Assembly: GCA_041498975.1 (NCBI GenBank)
Contig: JBGQJI010000051.1
Location: forward strand, 1-15,999
Reading direction: 5' to 3'
From: Candidatus Methylomirabilis sp.
GTDB lineage: Bacteria; Methylomirabilota; Methylomirabilia; Methylomirabilales; Methylomirabilaceae
DNA length: 15,999 nt
How positions within the stretch are numbered: the stretch's first letter is position 1; the number at the start of each line of letters is the position of its first letter. A program made the position numbers and the translations under genes. Of the stretch, positions 15,903 to 15,999 are shown piece by piece. The notes beneath the pieces are model-generated. The model was given only the letters and a program-made list of their open reading frames with translations, did not search any database and was not told the origin of the DNA.

Positions 15903-15999
15903 CTTGACCTCCTGTCAGGGTTCCTGGCAAGATGCTGGCAAGAATCAAGAAGCCGTGATTGTCCGTTCTCTCTGAACAGCCCCTTTGATAGCGGGCAGA

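Overview
GC-rich bacterial chromosomal window, mostly housekeeping and accessory genes, with no CRISPR array, rRNA/tRNA or transposase that I can support. Left to right: the end of a probable tungsten/molybdenum oxidoreductase operon (4Fe-4S ferredoxin-type subunit, MoaD/ThiS-like protein, FAD/NAD(H) oxidoreductase, second MoaD/ThiS-like protein), a cupin, an SDR, an Ap4A-hydrolase-type Nudix enzyme divergent from an orphan and highly diverged GroES-like gene, a KimA-type K+ transporter plus GNAT, a nucleoside hydrolase-ribokinase pair, a subtilase with DUF4214-like repeats behind a likely sigma54 promoter, a short AAA+ ATPase, a small membrane protein and an MltD-type LysM lytic transglycosylase. 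Two items are the most interesting. (1) A ~320-aa single-module AAA+ ATPase ends in the proteasome-docking GQYL tail, yet has no room for OB domains and lacks the aromatic pore-loop residue; it is a candidate new type of 20S proteasome regulator. (2) A probably leaderless, stand-alone GroES-fold protein has a non-canonical mobile loop. All family assignments come from motif recognition by eye, not from database searches.
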